Origin: Schmidtea nova
Taxonomy: Eukaryota
Direction of reading: 5' to 3'
Assembly (NCBI GenBank): GCA_044892505.1
Contig: CM097883.1
Coordinates: forward strand, 421,848,001-421,912,000
DNA: 64,000 bases
Shown in pieces: positions 40,020 to 53,826 of the stretch. Numbering within the stretch: the stretch's first letter is position 1; every line of letters begins with the position of its first letter. The position numbers and the translations under genes are program-made. The notes beneath the pieces are model-generated. The model was not told the DNA's origin. It saw nothing but the letters and a program-made list of their open reading frames with translations, and did no database searches.

Positions 40020-41860
40020 CAGTGCCATCCATCCTTTTTGAACCAAGAGGCCACTTAAATAATTTTCAAGAGCCCAAGTGCCGCAATAGGTGGACGAATG
40101 ACTCCGCAAGCTTCAGCCCATGCAAGGTACAAAGCAAATTGCGATCATTAACCTCTCTCGTGGGTTTTGGGATAGAGGTTTAGCCGCGAATGCATTTTGA
40201 AGCATTTAACAAAAAATAAAGCCCATTATTTGTGGTCTGAAATTGGATTTATTCATTTTGGAGGTTTGAAGTATAGTAAAAATCCAATTCCAATTCTAAT
40301 CTTAATTCTAATTACTGTATGCAATACATTTTTAGACTGTTAATTTATTTTTTACTTTAGTCTAAATTTCTAAAAATTTAGATATATAAAACTATTCTAA
40401 CTTTAAAAGTTTAAATAAAAACCAGATTATGTTTATTAGATTTAAATTTTTTGATGAGAAATTTGACTTTTAATTTGTGGCTGGTATTAAGTAACAGATG
40501 CTCTCATAAAGTTATCTAAATGTTCGTCAGTCAAAGAATTTCTCTTTTTTTGATTTGACATTGGTCATTGTCGAAAATGTAGCTTCACATACATAAGTGC
40601 TTACAACATTTATATATTTTTGGAAACTGATCTGAAGGAACATACATCATCCAAAACTCAGTTGGTGTTGTTTTCTGGTGTTTATCCCGATGAGATATAC
40701 TATGCTTCAAATGAATAATTTCCAATTGAACTTCATCTTCATCTCCTAATAAATGCATCTTTGTTGATACAACTGATATGTCACAAGTGAATGGATTGCC
40801 AATAAAAAGCAACAGAGGAGTCAAATTTGAAATGTCTTTGAAACTAGTGGAGAAATCTAATTTCACCTTTACCAGTGATTGGTAGAATTGCTCACTTTTA
40901 AATACATCTTCGTACTCTTGTGCTTCTTGGAAACATATGGAAAATGTGTATAATTTGATTGTTGTAATTGACTGATAAATAAGTCAATCTTTGATACAAA
41001 CACATCAATTTCCTTCATCAGAGAAGGCAATATTTGATATATTCCCTGCACTTTCAAATTCAGCTTATTAAGGTTATCTGTGATGCCAATTCTTGAAATA
41101 AACATAGGATTCTCAAGATTAATTAATAACTCTTCCTTGTTTTTCACACCAAGGAAATTTTTGATTTCTCGCATTAGATCCAAAAATCTCTGCTCAACCA
41201 GTGTAAAGTACAAAATCGCTATAATTGCTGTCATACTCTTCTAACAGTATCTTGAACTGCCTGTGTTTCAAAGAGTTGGCCCGAATAAAATTCTCTATCT
41301 TGACAACAACATTCATTACATTTTTTAGTTCATTTTTCAATTTTGAAAAAAAGCTTGCTGTTGAATAATGCAATGATAAGCTTGAAAATTTGGGAAATCA
41401 TTGTCTGCCATCAGCAAGCCAATCAAGTCAGTTTTCCTTCCTACCATTGCTGGAGTACCATCAGTGGGTACTGATATGAGCTTAATGTCAATCACATTAC
41501 TTATTAAACATTTCTTCAGTACTTTATATATATCTTCACATTTGGTTGTATTTTTCAGCGGCAACAGTGCTAACAGTTCTTCTTTAAAGCTAGCTTTTAC
41601 GTCAAATCTAATCCAAATTATGAGCTATTCCGTGTCAGTCATATCGCACAATACATCCAAAGTTAAACTGAATCATGATGCTTTCTTCAAATCGCGACAT
41701 AGCTGATCAAATATGTCACTAGATAACATTTGAACTCGCCTTGCCACAGTCTGTGGAGATAACTGAAGATCTGAAATCTGTTTCTTAATCTCATCCTTGT
41801 TTTTATACATACACACAAATTTACACTCACTACATCTCAACTCAATAAACCACAACAAAC
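40020..41860 (-). mobile_element. hAT (SPIN/Charlie, GTF2IRD2-like) transposase pseudogene with a terminal sequence
   Basis: LQLSPQTVARRV, FSLTLD..DMTD, LLPLKNTTKCEDIY, TDGTPAMVG, YHCIIQQQ; multiple frameshifts. CAGTGCCATCCATCCTTTTT at 40020 resembles a Charlie-type TIR. Confidence 0.85.
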
Positions 41861-42749
41861 CACAACAACCAATCTGAAAAATTCATTTTAAATCACAACT
41901 CCCATATTTATAATTAATTAAATCTATAATCACATTTGTACTCATTATTTCACTCATTAGGATCACCTATACAGTATAATGCCTTCAGAAAAACCAATAC
42001 CAAATTTTACTCACCTATAATTGAGATTTAGGTAGTCATTGCACTTATTAACATCCTATGGCCTTAATCTGTTTTTTTAATTGATACACCCGTTAAAATG
42101 GTTTATATTATATAAAGTCATTAGATCATTCGAGTGTGCTTCCATACTTAGGAAAATGAATTAATTCTAACCATATCCCTTAACCTCACCCGTAAACCAA
42201 TCCATATCATAGTTCCTTTTCCATTGCATTGAACTTGTCAACAATTAATGAGGGAACTATTGACATCAAACTTTATTTAATTGGAAATTTTAACTCAATA
42301 TCTATCCTGAAGATCATATCTATAAATTATGGAAAATTATTCAAAACGAAACACACAAAACCAGATAATATATGTATTATTTTCATAAAATCAAGTACAA
42401 TCGATTGCACAACAATTTTTGTTTTTACCAATAGCAAATTCCAAAATTACTTATCGGTAAAATAATTTCCAAAATAATAGTCTGGAGTTGATATTGTCGA
42501 AGTCGGCCGCCAGACATTTTACCTCGCATGGTAGTGATTTCCATAATTTGATTCCGACACACTTTCCCTTAAAAGTTTTCTAAAACTAAAGTTAATTAGA
42601 TAAATAATAATGATTGAAATTAACCTTTCAACAGAATTGACAGTCTGTAATTGAATTTAAATCCTATGATATCTTTGAAGATCCGTATCTAGTTCTGTAG
42701 TTGAAAAATGAAAATTAAAGTTTTTAAAATTTTTTTGGGCAAAAACTGC

Positions 42750-42930
42750 AAATTGTTTTAATAAAGCAGTAACCCCTTAAGTAGAGAACGCGCAAGATTC
42801 AATTTTAACCCAAACATTCATTGAAAACCAAAGTGATTAAGAGAAAAACGTCAAAAAGGTGAAGCGGACTCAAGCACATTAACCAGTAGAGAACGCGCTA
42901 GCTGTGAATTTGCAAGTCCTTACACTGAAA
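42750..42930 (+). repeat. Dispersed repeat, homolog of 23230-23435
   Basis: See the 23230-23435 entry. Confidence 0.8.
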
Positions 42931-45900
42931 TCTCGAGAAAAATTAAAAGTCGTCAAAAGAAGAGCGTTTGAAAGTTAGAATAGGCGGAAAACCCATTGAA
43001 GATGCCCATAAAGAACGAAATTTTGTGCAGAAAAATTAACAAAATTTTAGAAGAAAATTGTGATTTTATCACAAAATTTCACATTTAACAATAAAAAGAA
43101 CTAATATTGATCGAAATATCGTAAATTAAATCAAATCGAACAAATTTCGATTCAAAAATAAAAATTTTGAATTAAAATAAATTATTTGTATTTTATAAAA
43201 AATTATGGATCTAATTTTTCGGAAAATCATTAGAATTAATTTAGAAGAATTAAAAAGAACATTCTAGAACAATTTGTTTTAGTGCACTAGTGAAGGTAAC
43301 GCAAAATCGACGGTATATATACCGCCATCAAAATGGCAAGAAGCAGAATTTGTGGTAAAATTTTTTTTAGTTTGAAAGAATTTTGTGGAAGAAATTTTTT
43401 TCTTAGAATTTGGCAGAATTTGTTAATTTTTGTGAAGATTTCGTGGAGAAAATTTTTGAATTTCTGTGAAAGAGGAAGAAGACACTGATCCCCGGAAGAC
43501 GAAGATAAAAACGAGCATTTTATAAAAGAATTTTTATGCCAATTTGAAGATTTTCCGGAGTTTGCGAACCACTGAAAGAAATGTAAGGATTAATTTTCTT
43601 TTTAAACTTGTTTTTGAGGGGTATGGGATCGTCGATCATCATGCCTGACGATCATCCCATTCCTCGCGCTTTATTAATTAATATTGTATTTATGTTTTAT
43701 TATTTTTAATTTAATGCTAACACATTATTATGATATTATTAAAATAAATATTTTATTCATATTTTATTCAATTTAGTTTTAAATTTTTTCTTGTTGTTAT
43801 TACTATTGTCATAAATTCCCAAAATAATTAAAATTTCATATAAGCATTTATCTAAATACGGAAAATAATTTTTTTTATTCTCATATCTTCTGACGATTCG
43901 TCCAGCCTTGCGTTGTGCGGATTTGTTAGTAGCCTGGGTGGATCGTTGTCTGATTAGTAATCGGCCAGCCCATATGTCCACTTTAAGGTGAGGCTCATAC
44001 ATCCATAATCACGTCATCCCAACTTGGGAATCGTGGTATGGCCAAGAGCAAGGATTTGTTATAATAATGATCTTTATTATAATATAGTAGAATATTCATA
44101 CTACATTACATAAGCAATTCGTAACATAACATAAATTCGTCCAGCTCATGTCTTGAGATCCAAAATAGGCACTATATTACTAAATAAAATCGACTCGCAC
44201 TCACCTTCGCCTTCACAGATACCTTTTCGTCTTATTAGATTTCATCATGTGTGAAATCAGAAATCAATAAAAATTGCTCAAACGAAAACCATTTATTGAA
44301 TAATGAACTAGGTAAAAGAGCGACGAATTGTTAATTGAAAGATTATGATTTTTATGAATTTTTAGGTAAAAAATTCGTACCCTGTGGAAAATTTTGACGA
44401 GGAATATTGTTAGATGATTTAAATCTTTTGCATGAATTTTTATCTTATTTTATTTACGAAAATTTTAAATTTTACATTTTGTGGCATATTTAGTTTTAGG
44501 TACTTGATTTTAGCATAAAAATTATTTATTTGATTTTGTAAAAAATTTATAACGGATAAAGTAAAAATGGGAATATTAAATAACTGAAAGGATCCAGAAA
44601 AAGAATTGCTAAAAAATTAAACTTCAAATCTTCAATATTAGAAAAATTTTAATATAATTGTAATTGTGAAATATTATAAATTATTATTGTGATCTTGATG
44701 GAAAATATTATTCCATATATTAATCTCAGGGAACGCAAATTAAGAGAAAAATTCTAATTCTACTTATTTAGATATAAAAATTTAAAAAAATTTAAAATTT
44801 TATTGTAAAATTTTTATTAAACGGTTAAGAAATTGTAAACCTTAAATTACAAAATTTTTATTATTATTTTGATTTAGGAATCATAAAAATTTATTATTAT
44901 TATTTTAATTTAGGGATTATAAAATTTACTATTATATTAATCTAGAAAGGATAAAATTTATTATTATTATTTTAATTTAGCAATTTTAAAAGTTTGTATT
45001 ATTATTTTAATTTAGAATTTAATTTATATATTATGTCTATATTATTCGTAAAATACCCCCTAAAATCACATACAACCTTATTTGCAAATCATAACACCCA
45101 TACCATTCAATAACATTATCCATACTAATAACACAGGCAACATATATTTAAAATACAATGCACACACACCACACCGTATCACTCAATAACATTCATTAGC
45201 AACATACATCCAAATAATTCATACAGAAAAGCTACACAGTTAGTTTAGTTAGCATCATGCATCTATAACTCATACAGGCAGTCACTTAATCATATTCATA
45301 TCTACATCTTTTAATTCATCCAACAATCCATTCTACATACCATCACGCGAAATTATAACAATAGAGTGTCCGTCTCAAACTTAAAATAACGTACTAATAC
45401 ATACAAACTTGCAATCAACAATATACATGAAAATCCATACCGTCATACAAATCACTTCATCTCATTCCCTCCTTTCTTCTACCCAGCATACCACAGCTAG
45501 TGAAAAACCCGTGTTAAACCCCTTTCCCTATGGTTAAACGAAGGCAATCATTCCACTTAATTATATTCTCTATACTTCGATACCCATTTAATTTCCAAAA
45601 CAATGGATTAATTTTATTGTCAAGAAATTCAGACATTCATTCAGCATAATCCTTCAAATATAGTATATTACCTTATGTGAAAATAATATTCCACCCCATG
45701 CATATTTAGTTTGAGCCTACAATGTTCATAACTGCCAAATCACTCAGGGCAATTCGAAATAAAAAACAAATAAATCAATAAATAACAACAAAATATCAAT
45801 GAAAATTTATTGAATTTGAATATACAAAGGGAAATTATTGTGTATGCACAGTTTGTAACATTATTCCTTCAGACATCGAAGTTACGAATTGGAGAATTTT

Positions 45901-47239
45901 GGAATTGCACGAGTGACGAAAGTGAAAAATTTCCAAAATTTGAAGGGAATTCCAAACTTAGTTTTTCAGCCGGCATGTATGTGAACAATACGACAAAATT
46001 CAGTAACTTTGAAAATGGCCGTGGGAAATTTTTCTTGCCGGTGAATAGAGTGAATTCACAACCCGCTGAATGAGATACAGGTATCAGTATCCGATATTAG
46101 GAATGATAAGAGATGTTGTTAGATTGAATTGCTAGAACCACGGCTAGCATAGCGATGCTTTTGGTAGGAGATCCGACGCCAGGTAGATGCCCGAAGTCTG
46201 GATGAATTGATCATAGATCGATATTCCACTCACGAGAGATGATTTAAAGAAAATTTATTCCATACATTGAATTGGGAATTCGATTGAGTTTTCTTTTGAA
46301 GGAGATTTTTCACGTTTTTCTTAAATATCCAATCATCAAACTAGGATTAGAACGGTTATAGGGAAATAATTAATAATACTGATTACCTTTACGTTCCTTC
46401 ATATAACCAGAAAATGTGGATTCAGAAATTTGCAAGTTAAATTCTCCAATCTAAAATAATGATTATGTAATGTAAATGTCTATAGTGTAAAATACCCAAT
46501 CATCAATTGCCATTTTTGAATACTCACCTATATAGATTCTTCTTTACCTGGATTATCACGATAAGATTAACATAGGGACACCCGAAATCCGTTTATCTTA
46601 AATAAAAATAAAATTCTACAATTTAAAAATTAAAATAAATTTCACAAAACCTTAAACAAATTTATAAATTAAACAGACAAAATATTGGAAAAATTTGCTT
46701 CGCTACCCGTTGCTAGGGCCGCGGCAAGAATTTAAAAGCTATGATGTTAAATTTTTTATTTAATTAAAAATTAAATCCAAAATATAAAGCAAGTTAGACA
46801 CTAGGTATAAGGGATTAAAATCTTAGCTTGAGTTTTAATGAAAGGAAAAGTCCAAAAAAATAGAAATTCTGCAATAAATAAGCATTTAGACACAAATAAG
46901 AAAAATCAAATACGTGTTGATAAAAGATTTTTTCGATTTCTGAATTGAGATTTGATAAGCACATCCATGGAAAACTCGCGATCGAATATGTGAGAGCTCC
47001 TTAACTTATTGTAATAATGAATGAACTAATTAAATTTTCGTGTATGATGATAAATGTTGTAATTATTGTGCGTTAACCATTTTCAATATGTCTTAAGAGT
47101 TTGAACATTTTTAGCAATGAATCCGTTTGGCCGAACTGGAAGCCAAAGGATCGTCCAACACCGACGCACTCCAGCTGATGACCAGCCGAATGGAGAAATT
47201 TCGGGCCCGCTGTCGAGAGATGGAAGCGACATGGTCCGA

Positions 47240-47618
47240 CAAAGAAACAGTAGACCGATTACGAAAGTAGAACCAACTGCTCATTCAACAAGCCGCCGAA
47301 GACGCAATGAGATTGCGGGCGTGTCGAGTCTCAATGCGAGAGCAGGAGCTCGTAATTGAGAAATTGAAGGTAGACAGTGGCCTCATCTCGGCTATACTAC
47401 CGAAATCTCAGCCTCCACCTCAGGAATTGTTCCCGGTGAGAATGGAGGAAGAAATCGCAGCAGCAGCAGCTCCAACCAAGCCAAAGCAATGGAGGCCCAG
47501 TAAAGGAGCCAGAGCCAGGAACAAGTGTCTCCAAGAAGCGCGAGTGCTAGGCCAGTTGAGAGTAGAGGCCTCGAAAATCATTGATTTCAACATTGATTTG
47601 ACCAGTTCGCACATTTGA
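47240..47618 (+). pseudogene. Divergent ORF2-like copy of the unclassified family
   Basis: AMRLRACRVSMREQELVIEKLKVD followed by a basic patch KQWRPSKGARARNK; two copies of the family motif follow at 47845 and 48258. Protein similarity is weaker than in the other copies. Confidence 0.45.
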
Positions 47619-47809
47619 TTTGATCCTGTTATAAATCTTATGTTACAATTATAAGTTTTCGATTATGTTTTTTTTCCTATTTGTTTGTTTGATTAAGGAT
47701 ACAGATAAAAATAAAAGAGATCAAATAAATTAATTGATTAATAAATGAATCACGGTTTAGCAAAAATATTCAAATGGAGATCTTGTATTGAAAATCCACA
47801 ACGATAGAG

Positions 47810-48480
47810 CGTTTGATTTAAAGGGACAAAAATGGGCAATAAACCTTCTATCGGTAGCCCTTGGACCCAGGAGATATTCGGTCAATCATAGTTTCTCACT
47901 GATTGCGAATACCCACACATTTGTTGCATTACCAACGTTACTTTGTGACGGGCAACAAGATGGTTATTTTCAATGTTTTGTATGTTGAGTTGTTGATACG
48001 AGCCACGGTAACGTCAAGGTCATATTGACGATCAACAACCCACCAATTTTTAAATACAAGATTAAAATTATTTTTAAAAATTTTTTATTTATTAATTATT
48101 ATAAATTGTAAAATTGGCAAAATTTAATGTTTTGTTAGTGTTCTGATGCTCGGAATGATTCCCTTTGATGTAGATTATTTATTTCGAAATTCCGATTAAA
48201 ATCTTATTGAAGGTCTATAGATAAATTGTTGAAGAAGGGACAAAATGTGCATTAAACCTTCTATCGGTAGCCCTTGGACCCAGGAGATATTCAGTCAATC
48301 ATAGTTTCGTTTTTTTCGACGCTCACTGATTGTGAATACCCACACATTTGTTGGATTACCAACGTTGCATTGTGACGGTCAACAAGATGGTTAATCTAAA
48401 GTTTTGTATGTTTATTTGTTGATGTGAGCCATAGCAACGTCAAGTTCATATTGACGGTCAACAACCCACCACTTAGTATA
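47810..48480 (+). repeat. Two tandem about 230-bp copies of the CTTCTATCGG motif region
   Basis: AAACCTTCTATCGGTAGCCCTTGGACCCAGGAGATATTC occurs near 47841 and 48254 and continues to CAACAACCCACCA. Confidence 0.92.
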
Positions 48481-50479
48481 TTTGTTTTTATTGAATCAAC
48501 TTTTTCTTTTTTCAGTGGTAACAAGTGGATAATTTTTTTCAAAATCACTATGCATGGTCATGTAATATCTCGGTAGATTGACTTTTTAGAAACTGCAATG
48601 AAAATTTGGCTCAACAAACAAACAGGCTTCTCACCAGGCATTGTAAACATAAATTCAAGTTCCCAAGATGGATTGAACATACGATTTTCCTCCATAACTT
48701 TTCGCTTTCTGTCGCACATATTTGAATACATACTCTGGTTTGTGTCGTTTGTGCTGTTACAACCAAAGTCTGAGTTATATAATCTATTAACATTTCTTTC
48801 TGGTTCGTACTTGGATTTTTTTGTTTATTTAATTTTAAATTAAATTAAATTAATCAGTTTACCACAATTGGTAATTTGAACATCCCTTTTAATAAATCAT
48901 TCATATTAATTTACGATGTTACATTACGTAACAATTTGTATTACTTGGCATTAATAACTTTAGAACATTTTAATTTAATTAATACACAAAAGTTAGCAGT
49001 ATTTCTTGTGGCTTATAAAATAATTAGTTAAATTGATAGCAATCAGACCCCCCCCACAAAGTTAGTAATGTAAACATGCCTTTGTACTTTGCACATACAC
49101 TTCCGATTTCACAATAATTGGTATGCAAGTTAGTATGCTAAATTTACTCATCAATTTATAAATCTATAAAATGTGCCTCCTAGTAATGAAATAGTCAATT
49201 AATTATAATATATTATAAATTATGGTCGAAACATTGCAGTGAGGTTTGATGTCTGTTTAGGTTCGTTTTGATTTTTGGTTGAATTTAAATTTTTTGTACA
49301 GTAAAATTGAAAACTGAAATGTGGTCTGACTAAATGAGCAAGCACTGGCGGTCACTTAAGAACAGCCCTCGGGCCACAGCTTGGATGATATTGGTCTATC
49401 ATATGATTTAATATGGATTCTAAAGAAAGCACCAGCCAAGACCAAGAATATCAGGTGGCATTCTTTTCCATTTCTTTTTTTTCGGTTCCGTTTCTCAATT
49501 TCAGATATAACTATATGATTGTACCATCACATCCATCTGAATCAAAGCTTTTTGTCAGCTGCTAAAAAGTTACCCATTGCAAACCCTTTTATAGACCCAT
49601 TGCAGAACTCTCCTGTTAAGGATTTTCGCAAAGTTCGCTCTCTAACTCGACCAGGCGATCTCCTAAGTCCATTCTGTTGACGCTCATTCCACAGACTCTG
49701 CATCATTGCAGGCAACGTTCCTTCTAATTTTTTACAACATGAGCAGCAGAAAATTTATGTGGGCAATTATTTGTTAGTAAAATAGATACTGCCAAATTTT
49801 TGACAATAAATTCACAGCATTGCAACATTCACTGTATAAAATGAAATTCCCAGCAAAAAATTACCTAATTCGCAATTGCAAAATCTAATTTTCATAGAAC
49901 AAAAAGTAAAAAGTTCTGAACATTCGGAGAAAAAAATTGAAAAAATTTCAGGTGTGCAGAAAATTATTTGGCTGGGCAGAAATATTATTTTAGGTGAGCG
50001 GCCGCTTAGCCGCTCAGCTTAGAGGGAACGTATCTTGCAGGCGGTAATTCTTTTGGAAACAACAGTCGTATACATGATACTAAAATCGCAATAAACATAA
50101 GGTACGATTATGAAAAAAGTAGGGATGGGGTTAATTATAATTTTTATTAATAAAAATAAAAATGCGCCATTAAATACATGCGAATTATACGTATTTAATG
50201 TATATTCAAGATAAAATAAAAGGCAACTACTTTCTAACCATTTATCTTACAAGCAATTATTTTTATTTTTGTTAAAAAAACAATAACTGTTTTTGTATGG
50301 TAATGTAGATTGAAATATAAAAAAGTTTTGCTGAAAACTCCATTCAGATAATAAAACAAAATGTTGACAATGCAAATCCAATCATTAAAAAATAACTACT
50401 GCATAGCATCAACAAATTATTTCATACATTTTATTTTAAAATTCAACACGACGATAATTATTGCGTAAAAACTAGCATT

Positions 50480-50935
50480 TTCAACGTTTTTCGGACTTAA
50501 CTGTTTCTTTGTTCATATTTATATACCCTGCACAGAAAAATTCTCTCGGAAGGGAACCTGAGCCAGGAATACATAAATACTTTATAGCCAATTGGCTTAG
50601 GGAGGGTAAATTTGTTTTTTTTCCAGGAATACATAAATACTTTATAGCCAATTGGCTTAGGGAAGGTAAATTTGTTTTTTTTCCAAGAAATAAGTGGATC
50701 GTCACTTATGGGCAGATTAATATACTTTGATAACTCGTCATGATTACCGTCAGCATCTTCATCATGATTCATCCATAATAAAAATTTCTTTTTATTGGAT
50801 ACATTAATAGATTCTCCGAAGATATCCGTGTTGCTGCCTCTTCAACTGGCTGATTTATTGCAATTAATTTTTCAACTATATATAAATCATCGTCTGTTTA
50901 GTATATTGTTGGGCCAGCCAAATCGAGCAGCATCT
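50480..50935 (-). mobile_element. hAT (ZBED-like) dimerisation-domain remnant with a 60-bp tandem duplication
   Basis: DELSKYINLPISDDPLISWKKNKFTF, then in another frame LSQLAIKYLCIP. The repeat unit starts at 50563 and 50623. Confidence 0.72.
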
Positions 50936-52436
50936 GAAAATAATATACAATCAATAAAATAAATTAAATACAGAATAACAACAAAATAAATTACCAACAC
51001 CAAAGCGTAACAAAATAGGCGGCAACATCTAAAAGAAATAAAATATTAATCAAAACAACAAAAATCTTCAAAACTCACTCATGCGAAGCAGAAAAAATTG
51101 GAATATGACAGCGCGTGGGCGGATGTCACCGAAGACCTAAAGCAAAATCAAATAAAAATTAAATCGTACAAAAAATAAACTTACCGCATGATTAACCAAA
51201 CAAATCGGCGAGTTAAGTTAGGCAGCAAAAAGCCGGCAACACAGAATAATGATCAAACATACACACATACTCGATGCTGATTGGCTAACCAACAACACCG
51301 GTTCAGTATAAATACTGAAGTAAAATCAGTATTTGAAATGTCATTTTTTACCGAGTGCAAGTCGTAACTGATAACTTGTAACAACCTTGTATTGGAAACC
51401 AGTTGGAAATAAAAGGTAATTTGGTGTTATGTTATTGATGTGTCTAAACCCTCATAATTGTTTATAAACATGTTAAAATCAATAAGGTTTCCGGAGGCCT
51501 AACAGCCTGACGGATTCTCTGGCCTCTCAGCGCAACACAATCTTTCGGTTGTGAGGTGCTGATGCGGCGGGACCATAGGTGTATTAAATATTTGGAAAGC
51601 GGAAGGGGTTAAATGCACATAGGGTATCGAGTAAGACCTAACGATCATGAATGAAATCAAGGTAGAGATGATCTAATATAAACGTTATACATCACGATGA
51701 TAGGGTATCGAGTACAACCTAGTAGTCGTAAACGAGCGTAAAGTGAAGCCCATTTTGTAGGAAGGATATATATCGTGGCGAAGTCTAGACGAGGGATATA
51801 CGTGTAGTGAATCATATTAGTGCAGATGAATTAGGTGACGACGAGGGTAGGTATATGTTGACATTAGCGCGTACGAGTTCGAGCATAGTGAACCTAGTAG
51901 CAAGGGTTAAGGATAATCGATAACCTCTGTCAGCTGTGTTTAGTCGCCAGGAAAGATGATAAATAAAGCACAGGCATCGAGAACCGATAAAATGATGAAC
52001 CCCAGTGAGTAAGGACCACAGGAACTTACGAGAATTACCCGACATGGTATGATCATTGCTGGTTAGATGAGGAAGTGACCGAGGACGACTGATGAGATTG
52101 AATGTAATAAATAGTATTATCAATAAATAAAACCGGTTAAAGTTGAGTGGTTGAACCTGATTGTTGAAAATTAAGTGCAATAGTGATCTGATTAATAAAT
52201 GCAACCAATCGTGCGTAGCAAAATTGTCGAAATAGCACGCGTAGCACATTAACGTCAAGCTATCATCTAACACGACCCACGTCCAGTCCACAACAATAAT
52301 TCCGGCAAAAATATAGAAGGTACCCCTCGAACCTACAGAATTTCCAAATTTAAGACGGGTGGGTTGACTAATATAAATAGGCCCGTTCTACCATAGAATC
52401 CATAGCTAACAAACAATCATCTTCTTTAGAAATACC

Positions 52437-53072
52437 ATGGTGAAACTAGAGAATTTCCAAGAGAAGCCGATGGTCGCACACCCGATAAAGATAGAGGACA
52501 CCATCCTTCGTAAGAAACGGCGCACCCGCTCCGTCATCCGACCCAATACTAACACAAACATCAGAGGAGAGAACGAAGCGCCTCGAAGGGTTGCAGAAGT
52601 ATCACGTCGTCACCTACGACGATGGATGAGGGCCCATATGAGCTCAGCAGCTAGCACCCCAGCTTGCGCGTTTGGACTACAGTTGCGGTGGGAAGGAGAT
52701 ACCGATTGGGTACCCTCCTCGGATCATAGCAAGCCGGAGAATCCCCGATGGTTCTATCAATTCTGCGGTGAGTTAAAGCAACCCCGCTGGCTACTAAGCA
52801 CCGGAATGATGTCCGGAAAAGAGCTACATCAACTCGGATACACGCTGCTAGACAGGCCTCGGTGTCGCTACACTGAGGAAGTCTTCGCTTATTCCAATGC
52901 GCCAGGAAGTGTTTCCGTGGAACAACACCCCGAGCCCAATGAGCTTCGCCTCTGGGAGGTGTTTATCTACAAAGATAAGCTGAGTTGGAACCCAGCCCCA
53001 GAAATGTATTGGGAGAATGGAATTCGTCGCGACGAGCATCCGGCCGACCAGGAATTACGACCCTTCATCTAA
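52437..53072 (+). CDS. ORF1 of unclassified family, 211 aa, basic N-terminus and Trp-rich domain
   Basis: Open 211-codon frame in a GC-elevated island; homologous to 31025-31356. Confidence 0.7.
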   Translation: MVKLENFQEKPMVAHPIKIEDTILRKKRRTRSVIRPNTNTNIRGENEAPRRVAEVSRRHLRRWMRAHMSSAASTPACAFGLQLRWEGDTDWVPSSDHSKPENPRWFYQFCGELKQPRWLLSTGMMSGKELHQLGYTLLDRPRCRYTEEVFAYSNAPGSVSVEQHPEPNELRLWEVFIYKDKLSWNPAPEMYWENGIRRDEHPADQELRPFI

Positions 53073-53205
53073 ATCGCAAGGAGATCGATCATTGGAACGG
53101 AGATTTGAGGCGTATTAAAATAAATGTATTAATTTTTGGGTTTTGTTATGTCTTTGAGTGCATGAAGTGATCCGAGAGTGAAACACCTGTTTAATAATAA
53201 AGATA

Positions 53206-53826
53206 GTGACGGAGAGGACAGACAAACCATGCATAACCCGATTAATGATACATTTTTCAGAGATGAGTGAACATCCAACTAGGAACTACAAACAAGAGGC
53301 CAAAGAACATAAAGCACGATCGCGAGTCCTGGAAAACCGCTTGCGACAGCTAAACGACGAGCACCAGCGAATTAAAACCACGTGGTTCAACCCAGAAAGG
53401 GTTAAAACCATCCTACAAGCCAGACACAGGGCAGAACGAACAATCGACGAGCAAGCGAGCTAGGTAGCAGCACTAAAGATGGAGCTGTCGAATTACTTGA
53501 GGGCATCAACCCAGGAGTTTATCACTGAGCAATTACGCCCAGTGATCAGGGCTAGCACCTTTAATCGGTGGTTGGACACAATATCGATGACAACAAGTAC
53601 CCAAACGGAAATAGAAACCATCCCAATCACAACTACCCCAACATCTCCAATAATTCTGGAAGGCTCGAAACGAACAAAGAGACGGAATCGCTTGGGAGCG
53701 AAAAGGCGCAGGGAAAGACGCGCATATGCAGATCGCGTAGGAATAGAGGTAGACTTGCTCAGTGGTCTATCCGAGCAAGAACTACTAAATGTAATCCGAC
53801 CCTCTGTATTGCTGAACTACAAATAA
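53206..53826 (+). CDS. ORF2 of unclassified family (coiled-coil plus basic tail) with one internal TAG
   Basis: ORFs 53206-53463 and 53479-53826 are in the same frame, separated by TAG and 5 codons; homologous to 30226-30678. Confidence 0.7.

Noticed and set aside
43757-44002. ORF resembling a MULE C-terminus (RIVRRY...YL)
   Set aside because: Too few conserved residues and no adjacent catalytic motifs.
49400-49780. Possible non-LTR (RTE-like) RT C-terminal remnant
   Set aside because: Only a vague RRSPGRVRER similarity among many stops.
49960-50030. hAT-like terminus (GCTCAGCTTAGAGGGAAC)
   Set aside because: The terminal bases are degenerate and no partner end or TSD was found, so it is not listed as a feature.
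53461-53463. TAG codons in TE-derived ORFs as evidence for a reassigned genetic code
   Set aside because: Decayed elements here also contain in-frame TAA and TGA and frameshifts, so these stops are explained by neutral decay.
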